Of a DNA stretch of 64,000 nucleotides, positions 40,913 through 48,401 are shown piece by piece. How positions within the stretch are numbered: the first letter of the stretch is position 1; each line of letters opens with the position of its first letter. The stretch lies in assembly GCA_963738945.1 (NCBI GenBank), contig CAVTYD010000002.1, positions 911,027-975,026 on the forward strand, written 5' to 3'. A model generated the notes under the pieces. The model made no database searches, was not told the DNA's origin, and saw only the letters and a list, made by a program, of their open reading frames with translations. The position numbers and the translations under genes are program-made. The stretch comes from an uncultured Acidobacteriota bacterium. GTDB taxonomy: Bacteria; Acidobacteriota; Thermoanaerobaculia; UBA5066; Gp7-AA6.

Positions 40913-41586
40913 CCGCGAGGCTCCTTCGCTATCTCGCCGCCGCCGGCGGCACGGTCATGCTCGTCGCGTGCGCATCCACGCATCCCGCGAGATCCTTCCC
41001 TCCGGCGAGCCCCGACGACGCGCGCCGTGCCCTGGCGGCCTGGTCGGCGGCTCGCGCGCGTGCGGCGAGCTTGCCGGCCTCGCGGCTCCTCTACGACGCG
41101 AAGCTCGGAGCCGGGGGCGCTCCCTCGGTGCCGGGAACGCTGGCGGTGACCTACGACGGCACGGCGATCGTCACCGCCTCGCTCACCGGCCCCTTCGGTT
41201 CGCCGGTCGCCGAGTATCGCGGGGGGACCATCACGGGGAAGGACCGGGAGGCGTTCGTCGTGGATCCGGAGGCGCTCCGCGCGGTGCTGTCCGGGATCTG
41301 GAACGACGCCGCGCCGTCCGTCGAGGGATCGGACGGCGGCCAGTGCCGGCTCGCCCTCTCGGGAGAGACCGAGCATGCCGTCGCGGTTCTCGACCTCGCG
41401 AGCGAGCGCGTCGTGTCGCTCGACCTGAGCGGGCCGGCGGGCCGGCTCGTCGTGAGCTATTCCGGAGAGGCGAGTCCGTGGCCGTCCCGGCTCACGATGC
41501 GGGACGAGACGACGAAAAAGAGCCTCGGCCTTAAGCTCGTCGCCGTCGAGCGAGGCATCGAATCTCCGGGAAACGCCTCGCCGTGA
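40909..41586 (+). CDS. lipoprotein, LolB-like by position (TPR-lipoprotein-ispE-prs synteny)
   Basis: TTG at 40909 (TTGA overlap). Lipobox MLVAC. About 225 aa, in the position lolB occupies next to ispE-prs in proteobacteria. Confidence 0.5.
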   Translation: MTARLLRYLAAAGGTVMLVACASTHPARSFPPASPDDARRALAAWSAARARAASLPASRLLYDAKLGAGGAPSVPGTLAVTYDGTAIVTASLTGPFGSPVAEYRGGTITGKDREAFVVDPEALRAVLSGIWNDAAPSVEGSDGGQCRLALSGETEHAVAVLDLASERVVSLDLSGPAGRLVVSYSGEASPWPSRLTMRDETTKKSLGLKLVAVERGIESPGNASP

Positions 41587-42446
41587 TTCTCGCCGCCGAG
41601 GCTCCGGCCAAGATCAACCGGGAGCTGCGGGTCGGCCGGACCCGACCCGACGGCTATCACGAGGTGTTCTCCCGCATGGTCTCGATCGACCTGGGAGACC
41701 GGATCACCGCCGCGCCGGCGACGGACCTCGTCTTCACGTGCGACGACCCGGCCGTTCCGCTCGGAGAAGACAACCTCGTCGTCAAGGCCGCGCGGCTGCT
41801 CGCGGAGAAGGCGGGGGTGCCCGCGCGCGCCCGGCTCCATCTCGAGAAGCGGACGCCGACGGGCGGCGGGCTCGGAGGCGGCAGCGCGGACGCCGGCGTG
41901 ACCCTTCTCCTGCTCGCCGAGCTGTGGCGTTGCGGAGACGCGGTCCTCGATGCGCTTCCGGAGCTCGCGGCTCGCCTCGGGAGCGACGTTCCGTTTTTCC
42001 TTCAGGGAGGACAGGCCGACGTGCGTGGCCGCGGGGAGGCGGTCACCCCCGTCGCCGACGCGCCTCCGGAGCCGCTTCTCCTTCTGGTGCCGCCGTTTTC
42101 GATCTCCACGGCCGCCGTCTATCGGGCGTATGCCGGGCGGGGCCGGCTGCCCGAGCGGCTGGACGTCGATTCCCCGGGGCGGCGAGAGTATCTGGGCCCG
42201 AACGATCTGTCCGCCGCCGTGCTACAAGTGGAGCCCAGGATGGAGGAATACCTCGCGTCCGCCGCCCGCGTCGCCGAGGAGCACGCCATCAGCGGCTCCG
42301 GGTCGACGATCGTCCTGGCCCGGGCTGCCACGGGGGCGCGCGAAGAGCTCGAGCGCCGCCATCCTCGAGCCCGGCTGTTTCCCTGCGCGACTCTCACCCG
42401 CGATTCCTACCGGCTTCGGACCAGACCCCACGGAGGCTCTCCATGA
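41583..42446 (+). CDS. ispE: 4-diphosphocytidyl-2-C-methyl-D-erythritol kinase
   Basis: ORF 41583..42446. APAKINRELRV N-terminus and GHMP kinase motif PTGGGLGGGSADAG. Confidence 0.92.
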   Translation: MILAAEAPAKINRELRVGRTRPDGYHEVFSRMVSIDLGDRITAAPATDLVFTCDDPAVPLGEDNLVVKAARLLAEKAGVPARARLHLEKRTPTGGGLGGGSADAGVTLLLLAELWRCGDAVLDALPELAARLGSDVPFFLQGGQADVRGRGEAVTPVADAPPEPLLLLVPPFSISTAAVYRAYAGRGRLPERLDVDSPGRREYLGPNDLSAAVLQVEPRMEEYLASAARVAEEHAISGSGSTIVLARAATGAREELERRHPRARLFPCATLTRDSYRLRTRPHGGSP

Positions 42447-42796
42447 ACATCACGCAGGTGAAGGTGTTTCCGGTCAACGAGGAGAAGCTCAAGGCCTACG
42501 TCTCGATCGTCTTCGACGGCTGTTTCCTGGTTTCGGATCTGAAGATCATCCAGGGACCCAACGGGCTCTTCATCTCGATGCCTTCCAAGCGGAAGAAGAA
42601 CGGCGAGTTCAAGGACGTCGCGCACCCGCTGAACCGCGAGACGCGCGAGATGCTCGAGAAGCACATCCTCGGGGAATACGAGCGCGTGAAGGCCGCGGCG
42701 CCGGCCATCTCCGCCGCCGTGGCGGCGCCCGCCGCGGTGACCGCGGGCGCTCCGTCCCCGGCAGAACCCGGCGCACCCGATGAGGCCGGAGAGTAA
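42443..42796 (+). CDS. spoVG: SpoVG family protein
   Basis: ATG at 42443 (ATGA overlap). Translation MNITQVKVFPVNEEKLKAYVSIVFDGCFLVSDLKIIQGPNGLFISMPS is typical. Confidence 0.92.
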   Translation: MNITQVKVFPVNEEKLKAYVSIVFDGCFLVSDLKIIQGPNGLFISMPSKRKKNGEFKDVAHPLNRETREMLEKHILGEYERVKAAAPAISAAVAAPAAVTAGAPSPAEPGAPDEAGE

Positions 42797-42808
42797 AATC
42801 GCCCCGGA

Positions 42809-42884
42809 TGGGGCGTCGCCAAATTGGTAAGGCACCGGCCTTTGGAGCCGGCATCTCCAGGTTCGAGTCCTGGCGCCCCAGCCA
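42809..42884 (+). tRNA. tRNA-Gln (anticodon TTG), CCA encoded
   Basis: Hand-folded cloverleaf. Acceptor stem TGGGGCG/CGCCCCA, anticodon stem CCGGC/GCCGG with loop CTTTGGA, T-arm CCAGGTTCGAGTCCTGG, discriminator G, then CCA. Confidence 0.92.
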
Positions 42885-42972
42885 ACCGTCCATTCGGCGG
42901 CGGATAGGCGAGAGATTTGCAAGGGTCGCCAGCGAGCGGTCAGTGGTCGCTCAGACTTCTAAGGAGGCTCCG

Positions 42973-43656
42973 ATGCGTTCCCGGTTCTCCCGCCCGGCCT
43001 TTCTCGGCCTCGCCCTTGCGGCGGTTCCCCTCGTTCTTGCCGCCCAGAGTGTGAACGCCAGTTTCACTTACTCGCCGCACAATCCCACCCTCGGTCAGAT
43101 GGTTCAGTTCACGGATACGACCACGCCTGCTCCGGGCTCCTGGGCGTGGAACTTCGGGGACCCGAATTCGGGTACTTCGAACACGTCGACGGTCCAGAAT
43201 CCGACGCATCTCTTCAGCGCGGTCGGGACCTACCAGGTGACCATGACCGTTCCCGGCGCGAACCCGGTCGTCCAGGCCGTCACGGTGCAGAGCACTACAG
43301 GCACGTGCCAGCAGGGCCCGGGGTTCCTGTGCCTGAACGGCGGTCGCTTCCAGGTCAACGCCACCTGGACAAAGACCGACGGGACGTCCGCCGCGGGAAC
43401 CGCGGTGACGCTGACGGACGACTCCGGCTACTTCTGGTTCTTCGACCCGGCCAACATCGAGATGGTCGTGAAGGTCCTGAACGGCTGCTCCCTCACCAAC
43501 GCTTACTGGGTCTTCGCGGCCGGCCTGACGAACGTCCAGGTCGACTGGCAGGTCGTGGACATGCAGACCGGGGTGATCTACACGCAGCAAAACCCCCAGG
43601 GCGTGCCGTTCGCTCCGGTCCAGGACACGAAGGCCTTCCCGACGTCCTGTCCGTAG
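42973..43656 (+). CDS. secreted PKD-domain protein with an uncharacterised Cys-containing C-terminal domain
   Basis: ATG at 42973 preceded by AAGGAGG. Signal peptide. PKD-like FTYSP...VQFTDTT...WNFGD...THLFSAVGTYQVTMTV. C-terminal FLCLNGGRFQV...DSGYFWFF...NGC domain. Confidence 0.8.
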   Translation: MRSRFSRPAFLGLALAAVPLVLAAQSVNASFTYSPHNPTLGQMVQFTDTTTPAPGSWAWNFGDPNSGTSNTSTVQNPTHLFSAVGTYQVTMTVPGANPVVQAVTVQSTTGTCQQGPGFLCLNGGRFQVNATWTKTDGTSAAGTAVTLTDDSGYFWFFDPANIEMVVKVLNGCSLTNAYWVFAAGLTNVQVDWQVVDMQTGVIYTQQNPQGVPFAPVQDTKAFPTSCP

Positions 43657-43680
43657 CGACCCGCGCGTCACTTCGTTTCA

Positions 43681-43713
43681 AACGGCCCCGACCGCTCGGG
43701 GCCGTTTTCTTTT
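43681..43713 (+). terminator. rho-independent terminator after the PKD-domain gene
   Basis: 10-bp GC-rich stem AACGGCCCCG/CGGGGCCGTT with a 6-nt loop, followed by TTCTTTT. Confidence 0.7.
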
Positions 43714-43743
43714 CCGGCGGTCGACGCGCGGAGGATTCCCGCG

Positions 43744-43749
43744 TAGAAT
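43744..43749 (+). promoter_or_regulatory. putative -10 box TAGAAT for prs (9 nt before the TTG start; near-leaderless)
   Basis: TAGAAT hexamer with a -35-like TCGACG 17 nt upstream. Confidence 0.45.
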
Positions 43750-43758
43750 CCGGCTCGC

Positions 43759-44718
43759 TTGACGTCGCACGCCTTCAATTACGGAGACCTCAAGATCTTT
43801 TCCGGGCGCGCTCACCCGGGGCTCGCCCGCGAGATCTGCGCGTACCTCTCGATTCCTCTCGGTGAGCTGACCCTCTACAACTTCTCCGACGGCGAGGACT
43901 ACTGTCAGATCGACGAGAACGTCCGGGGCGCCGACGTCTTCGTCGTGCAGCCCACCTGCTCGCCGGTCAACGATCACGTCATGGAGCTCCTGATCCTGCT
44001 CGACGCGTTCCGCCGGTCGTCGGCCTCGCGGATCACCGCCGTCATGCCGTACTTCGGCTACGCGCGGCAGGACAAGAAGGACAAGCCCCGGGTGCCGATC
44101 GCCGCGAAGCTGATGGCCGATCTGCTGACGGCGGCGGGCGCCGACCGCATCCTCACGATGGACCTGCACGCCGCCCAGATCCAGGGATTCTTCAACATTC
44201 CGGTGGACCACCTCTTCGCCGCGCCCGTCATCCTCGACGCCATCCGGAAGGTGGAGGCGGAGGACCTCGTCATCGTGTCTCCGGACGTGGGCGGACTGAC
44301 GCGCGCGCGGGCGATCGCCAAGCGACTCGATGCCTCCCTCGCGGTCATCGACAAGCGCCGGACCGGAAAGAACGAGACCGAGATCCTGAACGTCGTCGGC
44401 GAGGTCGAGGGCAAGGACGTCCTGATTCTGGACGACATCATCGACACGGCCGGGACGCTGGTTCAGGCGGAGGAGGCGCTCCGTCGGCAGGGAGCGCGGC
44501 GGACCTACGCGGCCGCCGTCCACGGCGTCTTCTCGGGCCCCGCCCTCGAGCGGATCGAGGCCTCCCAGCTCCAGAGCCTCCTCGTGACCAACACGATCCC
44601 GGTCGAGGCGGCCCAGGCCCGCTGTCCCCGGATCAGGGCGCTTTCGGTGGCCAACCTGCTCGGCGAGGCCATCCAGCGCATCCACGACGGGGCTTCCGTT
44701 TCCTCGCTTTTTGTGTAG
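43759..44718 (+). CDS. prs: ribose-phosphate pyrophosphokinase
   Basis: ORF 43759..44718. Motifs FGYARQDKK, DLHAAQIQGFF, VSPDVGG and ILDDIIDTAGT. Confidence 0.95.
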   Translation: MTSHAFNYGDLKIFSGRAHPGLAREICAYLSIPLGELTLYNFSDGEDYCQIDENVRGADVFVVQPTCSPVNDHVMELLILLDAFRRSSASRITAVMPYFGYARQDKKDKPRVPIAAKLMADLLTAAGADRILTMDLHAAQIQGFFNIPVDHLFAAPVILDAIRKVEAEDLVIVSPDVGGLTRARAIAKRLDASLAVIDKRRTGKNETEILNVVGEVEGKDVLILDDIIDTAGTLVQAEEALRRQGARRTYAAAVHGVFSGPALERIEASQLQSLLVTNTIPVEAAQARCPRIRALSVANLLGEAIQRIHDGASVSSLFV

Positions 44719-44754
44719 AATCCGCCTCTTTGCGCGGGGATTCCGCGCGAGGAA

Positions 44755-44818
44755 CGCGGCGAGGAAACGCCGCGTCGAAGCCGGGGCCGAGCGCAGCGAG
44801 GGCCGGGCTTCGAAAAGG
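44755..44818. repeat. single inverted copy of a ~65-nt structured intergenic repeat (family shared with 53487..53619)
   Basis: The reverse complement aligns by hand at about 87% identity to the unit at 53489..53552. It contains hairpin CGCGGCG-aggaaa-CGCCGCG and long stem TCGAAGC...GCTTCGA. Confidence 0.6.
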
Positions 44819-44830
44819 GGTGCGAGACTC

Positions 44831-45546
44831 ATGAAAACCATCGAGCTCCAGGTCGAGAAACGCTCGACGACCGGAAAGAACGAGGCCCGGCGCGACCGGG
44901 TCGCGGGGCGGATCCCGGCCATCGTCTACGGGGCCGGCAAGCCGAACGTCTCCATCTCCGTGAACCGGAAGGCCCTCTCCGACGTCTTCCGCGAGGGAGC
45001 CGGGGAAAACGCCATTTTCCTGCTCAAGCTGCGGCTCCGACCAGAGCCGCCACGCCATGATCAAGGAGATGCAGCGGGACCCGGTCTCGCGCAAGCCGCT
45101 GCACATCGATTTCGTCCGCGTCCTGATGGACGTCAAGATCACCCTCCGCGTGCCGATCGAGGTCGTCGGGCGTGGCGCGCGGCGTGAAGGCGGACGGCGG
45201 CATTCTCGACATCGTGACTCGCGAGATCGAGATCGAGTGCCTCCCGTCGAACATTCCTGCGCACCTGACGGTGGACGTCAGCGAGCTCGGCATCGGCGAC
45301 GCGATCCGCATCTCGGAGATTCCCGCGGTCGAGGGCGTGCAGATCGTCGACAACCCGGAGAAGGTCGTGGCGCACGTCGCCCACCCGGCGCGCGAGGAGG
45401 AGCCCGCCGCCGTCGCCGAGGCCGCCGCCGAGCCCACCGAGCCCGAGGTTCTGAAGAAGGGCAAGGCCGTGGCCGAGGAAGAGGGCGGTGCGGAGCCGGA
45501 GAAGTCCGACAAGAAGGACAAGAAGGAGAAGGAAAAGGAGAAGTAG
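44831..45546 (+). pseudogene. rplY: 50S ribosomal protein L25/Ctc, interrupted by two +1 frameshifts as assembled
   Basis: The L25 sequence runs through three frames: MKTIELQVEKRSTTGKNEARR...IFLLKL, then SDQSRHAMIKEMQRDPVSRKPLHIDFVRV...PIEVVG, then ARGVKADGGILDIV...ECLPSNIP. Length is 716 nt, i.e. 3n+2. Confidence 0.85.
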
Positions 45547-45549
45547 CCT

Positions 45550-46149
45550 CTGCGCGTCATCGCCGGCCTCGGCAATCCCGGGGACGAATACGAGGCGACC
45601 CGGCACAACGCCGGGTTCCGCGTCGTGGAGGCGCTGGCGGCGGAGGAAGGAATCCGGATTCGCGCGCGGGAGTGTTCCTCGCGCGTCGGCCGGGGGAGAG
45701 TCGGGGCCGAACCGGTGCTCCTGGCCCTCCCGCAAACGTACATGAACGCCTCGGGCGAGGCCGTCTCGGCTCTTTGCAATAAATATAGCGTCGCACCCCC
45801 GGAGCTCTGCGTCGTCGTGGACGACATCGACCTTCCGCTCGGAGCCCTGCGCCTGAAGGCGCGCGGCTCGGCGGGGGGGCAGAAGGGCCTCCGATCGGTG
45901 ATCGCGCATCTCGGGACGACGGAGTTTCCGCGCCTTCGCGTGGGAATTCGCGGCGAGCGTTACTCGCGGGACCGGGACCTCGCGGACTACGTCCTCGAGC
46001 GGTTCGGCAAGGCCGAGCGCGAACAGTACGAGAACAGCATCGGCAGGGCCGTCGAGGCCCTCCGCATCTGGTTGACGCAAGGAATCGACGCCGCGATGCG
46101 GCGGGCGAATGTTTTACCTTCCTCTCCGGACCGCCTCGATCCGGATTGA
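45550..46149 (+). CDS. pth: peptidyl-tRNA hydrolase (apparent CTG start)
   Basis: The conserved N-terminus LRVIAGLGNPGDEYEATRHNAGF lies upstream of the first canonical start (GTG at 25 codons in, position 45625). CTG at 45550 is the second codon after the rplY TAG. Confidence 0.87.
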   Translation: MRVIAGLGNPGDEYEATRHNAGFRVVEALAAEEGIRIRARECSSRVGRGRVGAEPVLLALPQTYMNASGEAVSALCNKYSVAPPELCVVVDDIDLPLGALRLKARGSAGGQKGLRSVIAHLGTTEFPRLRVGIRGERYSRDRDLADYVLERFGKAEREQYENSIGRAVEALRIWLTQGIDAAMRRANVLPSSPDRLDPD

Positions 46150-46167
46150 CATCCATGAGGAGGAATC

Positions 46168-46581
46168 ATGAGGCTCTATGACATCGTCGTTCTGGTCACG
46201 CCCGACCTGAGCGACGAGGACGCGACGAAGGTCGCGGCCGAATACAAGAAGGTCCTGACGGACGGCGGGGCGACCGTGGTCAAGGAAGAGCCGTGGGGCA
46301 AGCGCCGCCTCGCCTTCCCGATCCTGCGCAAGCGGGAGGCCCACTACCACTACTGGCAGGTCGAGGCCGCTCCGGCGGCGGTGGCCGAGGTGGAGCGCCG
46401 CATGGGGCTCTCCGACCAGGTCCTGCGGCATCTCGCCGTGCGGGTCGACGAGGAGCTGAAGCGCAGCGCCAAGATGGCCGAGCGCCTCAGGATCAAGGCG
46501 ATCAAGCGGCCGCCCCGTCCCGTGCCGACGGCCGCCCCGGCCGAAGCGGCCCCGGCGGCGCCCGAAAGGAGCGAGTCATGA
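46168..46581 (+). CDS. rpsF: 30S ribosomal protein S6
   Basis: ORF 46168..46581. Translation [18 protein letters not shown]...[10 protein letters not shown] is typical. RBS GAGGAGG. Confidence 0.95.
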   Translation: MRLYDIVVLVTPDLSDEDATKVAAEYKKVLTDGGATVVKEEPWGKRRLAFPILRKREAHYHYWQVEAAPAAVAEVERRMGLSDQVLRHLAVRVDEELKRSAKMAERLRIKAIKRPPRPVPTAAPAEAAPAAPERSES

Positions 46582-46877
46582 GGATGGGAGGAGGCTCCGG
46601 CCGCTCGTCCGGCGCGCGCGGCGCTGCGGGACGCGACGGCAAGGGCGGTCCGCGAAAGAAGTTCTTCGTTCGGCGGCGCAAGGTCTGCAAGTTCTGCGCG
46701 GAGAAGCTCGAGTACATCGACTGGAAGGACGTCAAGCTCCTCCAGGGTTTCATTCCGGAGCGCGGCAAGATTCTGCCTCGCCGGATTTCGGGAACGTGCG
46801 CGCTCCACCAGCGCAAGCTGCAGACGGCGATCAAACGTGCCCGGTCGATCGCGCTGCTTCCGTACGCCACGGACTAG
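46578..46877 (+). CDS. rpsR: 30S ribosomal protein S18
   Basis: ATG at 46578 (ATGA overlap). Translation [47 protein letters not shown] is typical. Confidence 0.95.
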   Translation: MRMGGGSGRSSGARGAAGRDGKGGPRKKFFVRRRKVCKFCAEKLEYIDWKDVKLLQGFIPERGKILPRRISGTCALHQRKLQTAIKRARSIALLPYATD

Positions 46878-46955
46878 CCGGGTGCGGAAAGAGGGTGTGA
46901 GGCGGCGCGAGACGACGCCCGCATCCGTTCTCCCGCAGCCGGCGAGCGAGAGGCG

Positions 46956-47945
46956 ATGAGCTCTCCGGTGCCGGCGACGGAGCCGCTGCCGTCGCCCATC
47001 GGACGGTACGAGCTGCCGCTCGCCGGCCTGGCGTCGGCCGCGGCGTTCTCGGCGCTCTTCCTCATGCCGTTCGTCGGCGTTCTCGGCGTGCCCCTGGCCG
47101 CGGTGCCGGCCGTGCGCGTGGCCCACCGGCAGGGCCTGGTGGCGGGGATGACGGCGTGCGGGCTGGCGTCGGCGGTGATCTTCGGGCTGGGCTGGGCGGC
47201 CGACGGGGCCGGGGCCGGAATCGCGCTCGCCTTCGCCGCCCTGGCCGTGACGGCCCTGCCGACGGCATCGGTCGGCTTTCTCCGCGCCGGCGCCGAGCCG
47301 TCCCGCTGCTATCTCGGCCTCTGCCTCGCGGGCTGCGCGATGCTCGCGGCGGTCTACGCGGCCTCGGTCAACGGGGCGGGCGCTTCGATCTCGGCCGAGG
47401 TGTCCGGCACCTTCGACCGCATGATTCCCGCGGCCCTCGATTCCTACGCCCGCTCGGGAGCCGACGCCGATTCGGTGGCGCGGATGCGGCAAGCCTTCGA
47501 GGCCGCGCGCGAGTTCACGCGCGAGTGTCTCTGGGGCATGCTCGCGACCCTCTGGGTGCTCGGGGGAGCCGTCGCGTTCTACCTCGGAGCCCTGACGGCC
47601 CGGCCCGGCGAAACGGCCGACGCGGCCCGGTTCGAGCTGCTGCGGGTGCCGCCCGTGGTGGCGGCCTTCTTCGTCGGGGCGGGGGCGGCTTTCGGGCTCC
47701 TCCCCGGGGTGGGGCGCATCGTGGCGGCCAACGTGCTTCTGCCGCTTCTGGCCTTGTATTTTGTGGCCGGCCTCTCTATCATCTGCCACTTCTTTCGAAG
47801 GTGGTTCCGGGTCCGGATTCTTCGAATTGGTCTTTACGCCCTGGCCGCCTACTTTCCCCTCAACATCGGGGTGGCGCTGCTCGGGCTGTTCGATTGGTAC
47901 GTGGATTTTCGCCGCCGGGGCGAGGGAGCCGCAGAGAAATCATGA
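46956..47945 (+). CDS. DUF2232 (YybS-like) membrane protein
   Basis: Polytopic 329-aa protein between rpsR and rplI, the position of yybS in Firmicutes. Called from synteny and topology only. Confidence 0.6.
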   Translation: MSSPVPATEPLPSPIGRYELPLAGLASAAAFSALFLMPFVGVLGVPLAAVPAVRVAHRQGLVAGMTACGLASAVIFGLGWAADGAGAGIALAFAALAVTALPTASVGFLRAGAEPSRCYLGLCLAGCAMLAAVYAASVNGAGASISAEVSGTFDRMIPAALDSYARSGADADSVARMRQAFEAAREFTRECLWGMLATLWVLGGAVAFYLGALTARPGETADAARFELLRVPPVVAAFFVGAGAAFGLLPGVGRIVAANVLLPLLALYFVAGLSIICHFFRRWFRVRILRIGLYALAAYFPLNIGVALLGLFDWYVDFRRRGEGAAEKS

Positions 47946-48400
47946 AAGTCATTCTGGCCGACGACGTCCGCGGGCTCGGGCACCGCGGAGAGACGGTGAC
48001 CGTCAAGCCCGGGTACGCCCGCAACTACCTCCTCCCGCAGGGATTCGCCTACGAGGCGACCGACGCGAACGTGCGCCGCTTGACCGAGGAGCGCAAGAAG
48101 TACGACGAGAAGATGCTCCGCGAAAAGGCCGTGGCCTCGGACGCCGCGTCCAAGGTCGAGGGCCTGAGCGTCACGATCACGAAGAAGGCGGGCGAAGAGG
48201 GCCACCTCTATGGCTCCGTGACCGCGTCGGAGATCGCCGATGCCCTGGCCGCCAAGCACGTCGAGGTGGATCGCCGCCGCATCGAGCTGGCCGAGCCCAT
48301 CCGGCGCGTCGGGACTCACACCGTCCACGTGCGCCTCCATCGCGACGTGGTCGCGACCCTGACCGTCGACGTGCAGGCCGCCGGGTCTCAGCCGGCCTGA
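47942..48400 (+). CDS. rplI: 50S ribosomal protein L9
   Basis: ATG at 47942 (ATGA overlap). Translation MKVILADDVRGLGHRGETVTVKPGYARNYLLPQG is typical. Confidence 0.95.
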   Translation: MKVILADDVRGLGHRGETVTVKPGYARNYLLPQGFAYEATDANVRRLTEERKKYDEKMLREKAVASDAASKVEGLSVTITKKAGEEGHLYGSVTASEIADALAAKHVEVDRRRIELAEPIRRVGTHTVHVRLHRDVVATLTVDVQAAGSQPA

Positions 48401-48401
48401 T

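Noticed and set aside
42809-43760. Integrated mobile element at tRNA-Gln
   Set aside because: No integrase, no transposase and no visible direct repeat of the tRNA 3-prime end. Only a single lower-GC cargo-like gene is present, so I did not call a mobile element.
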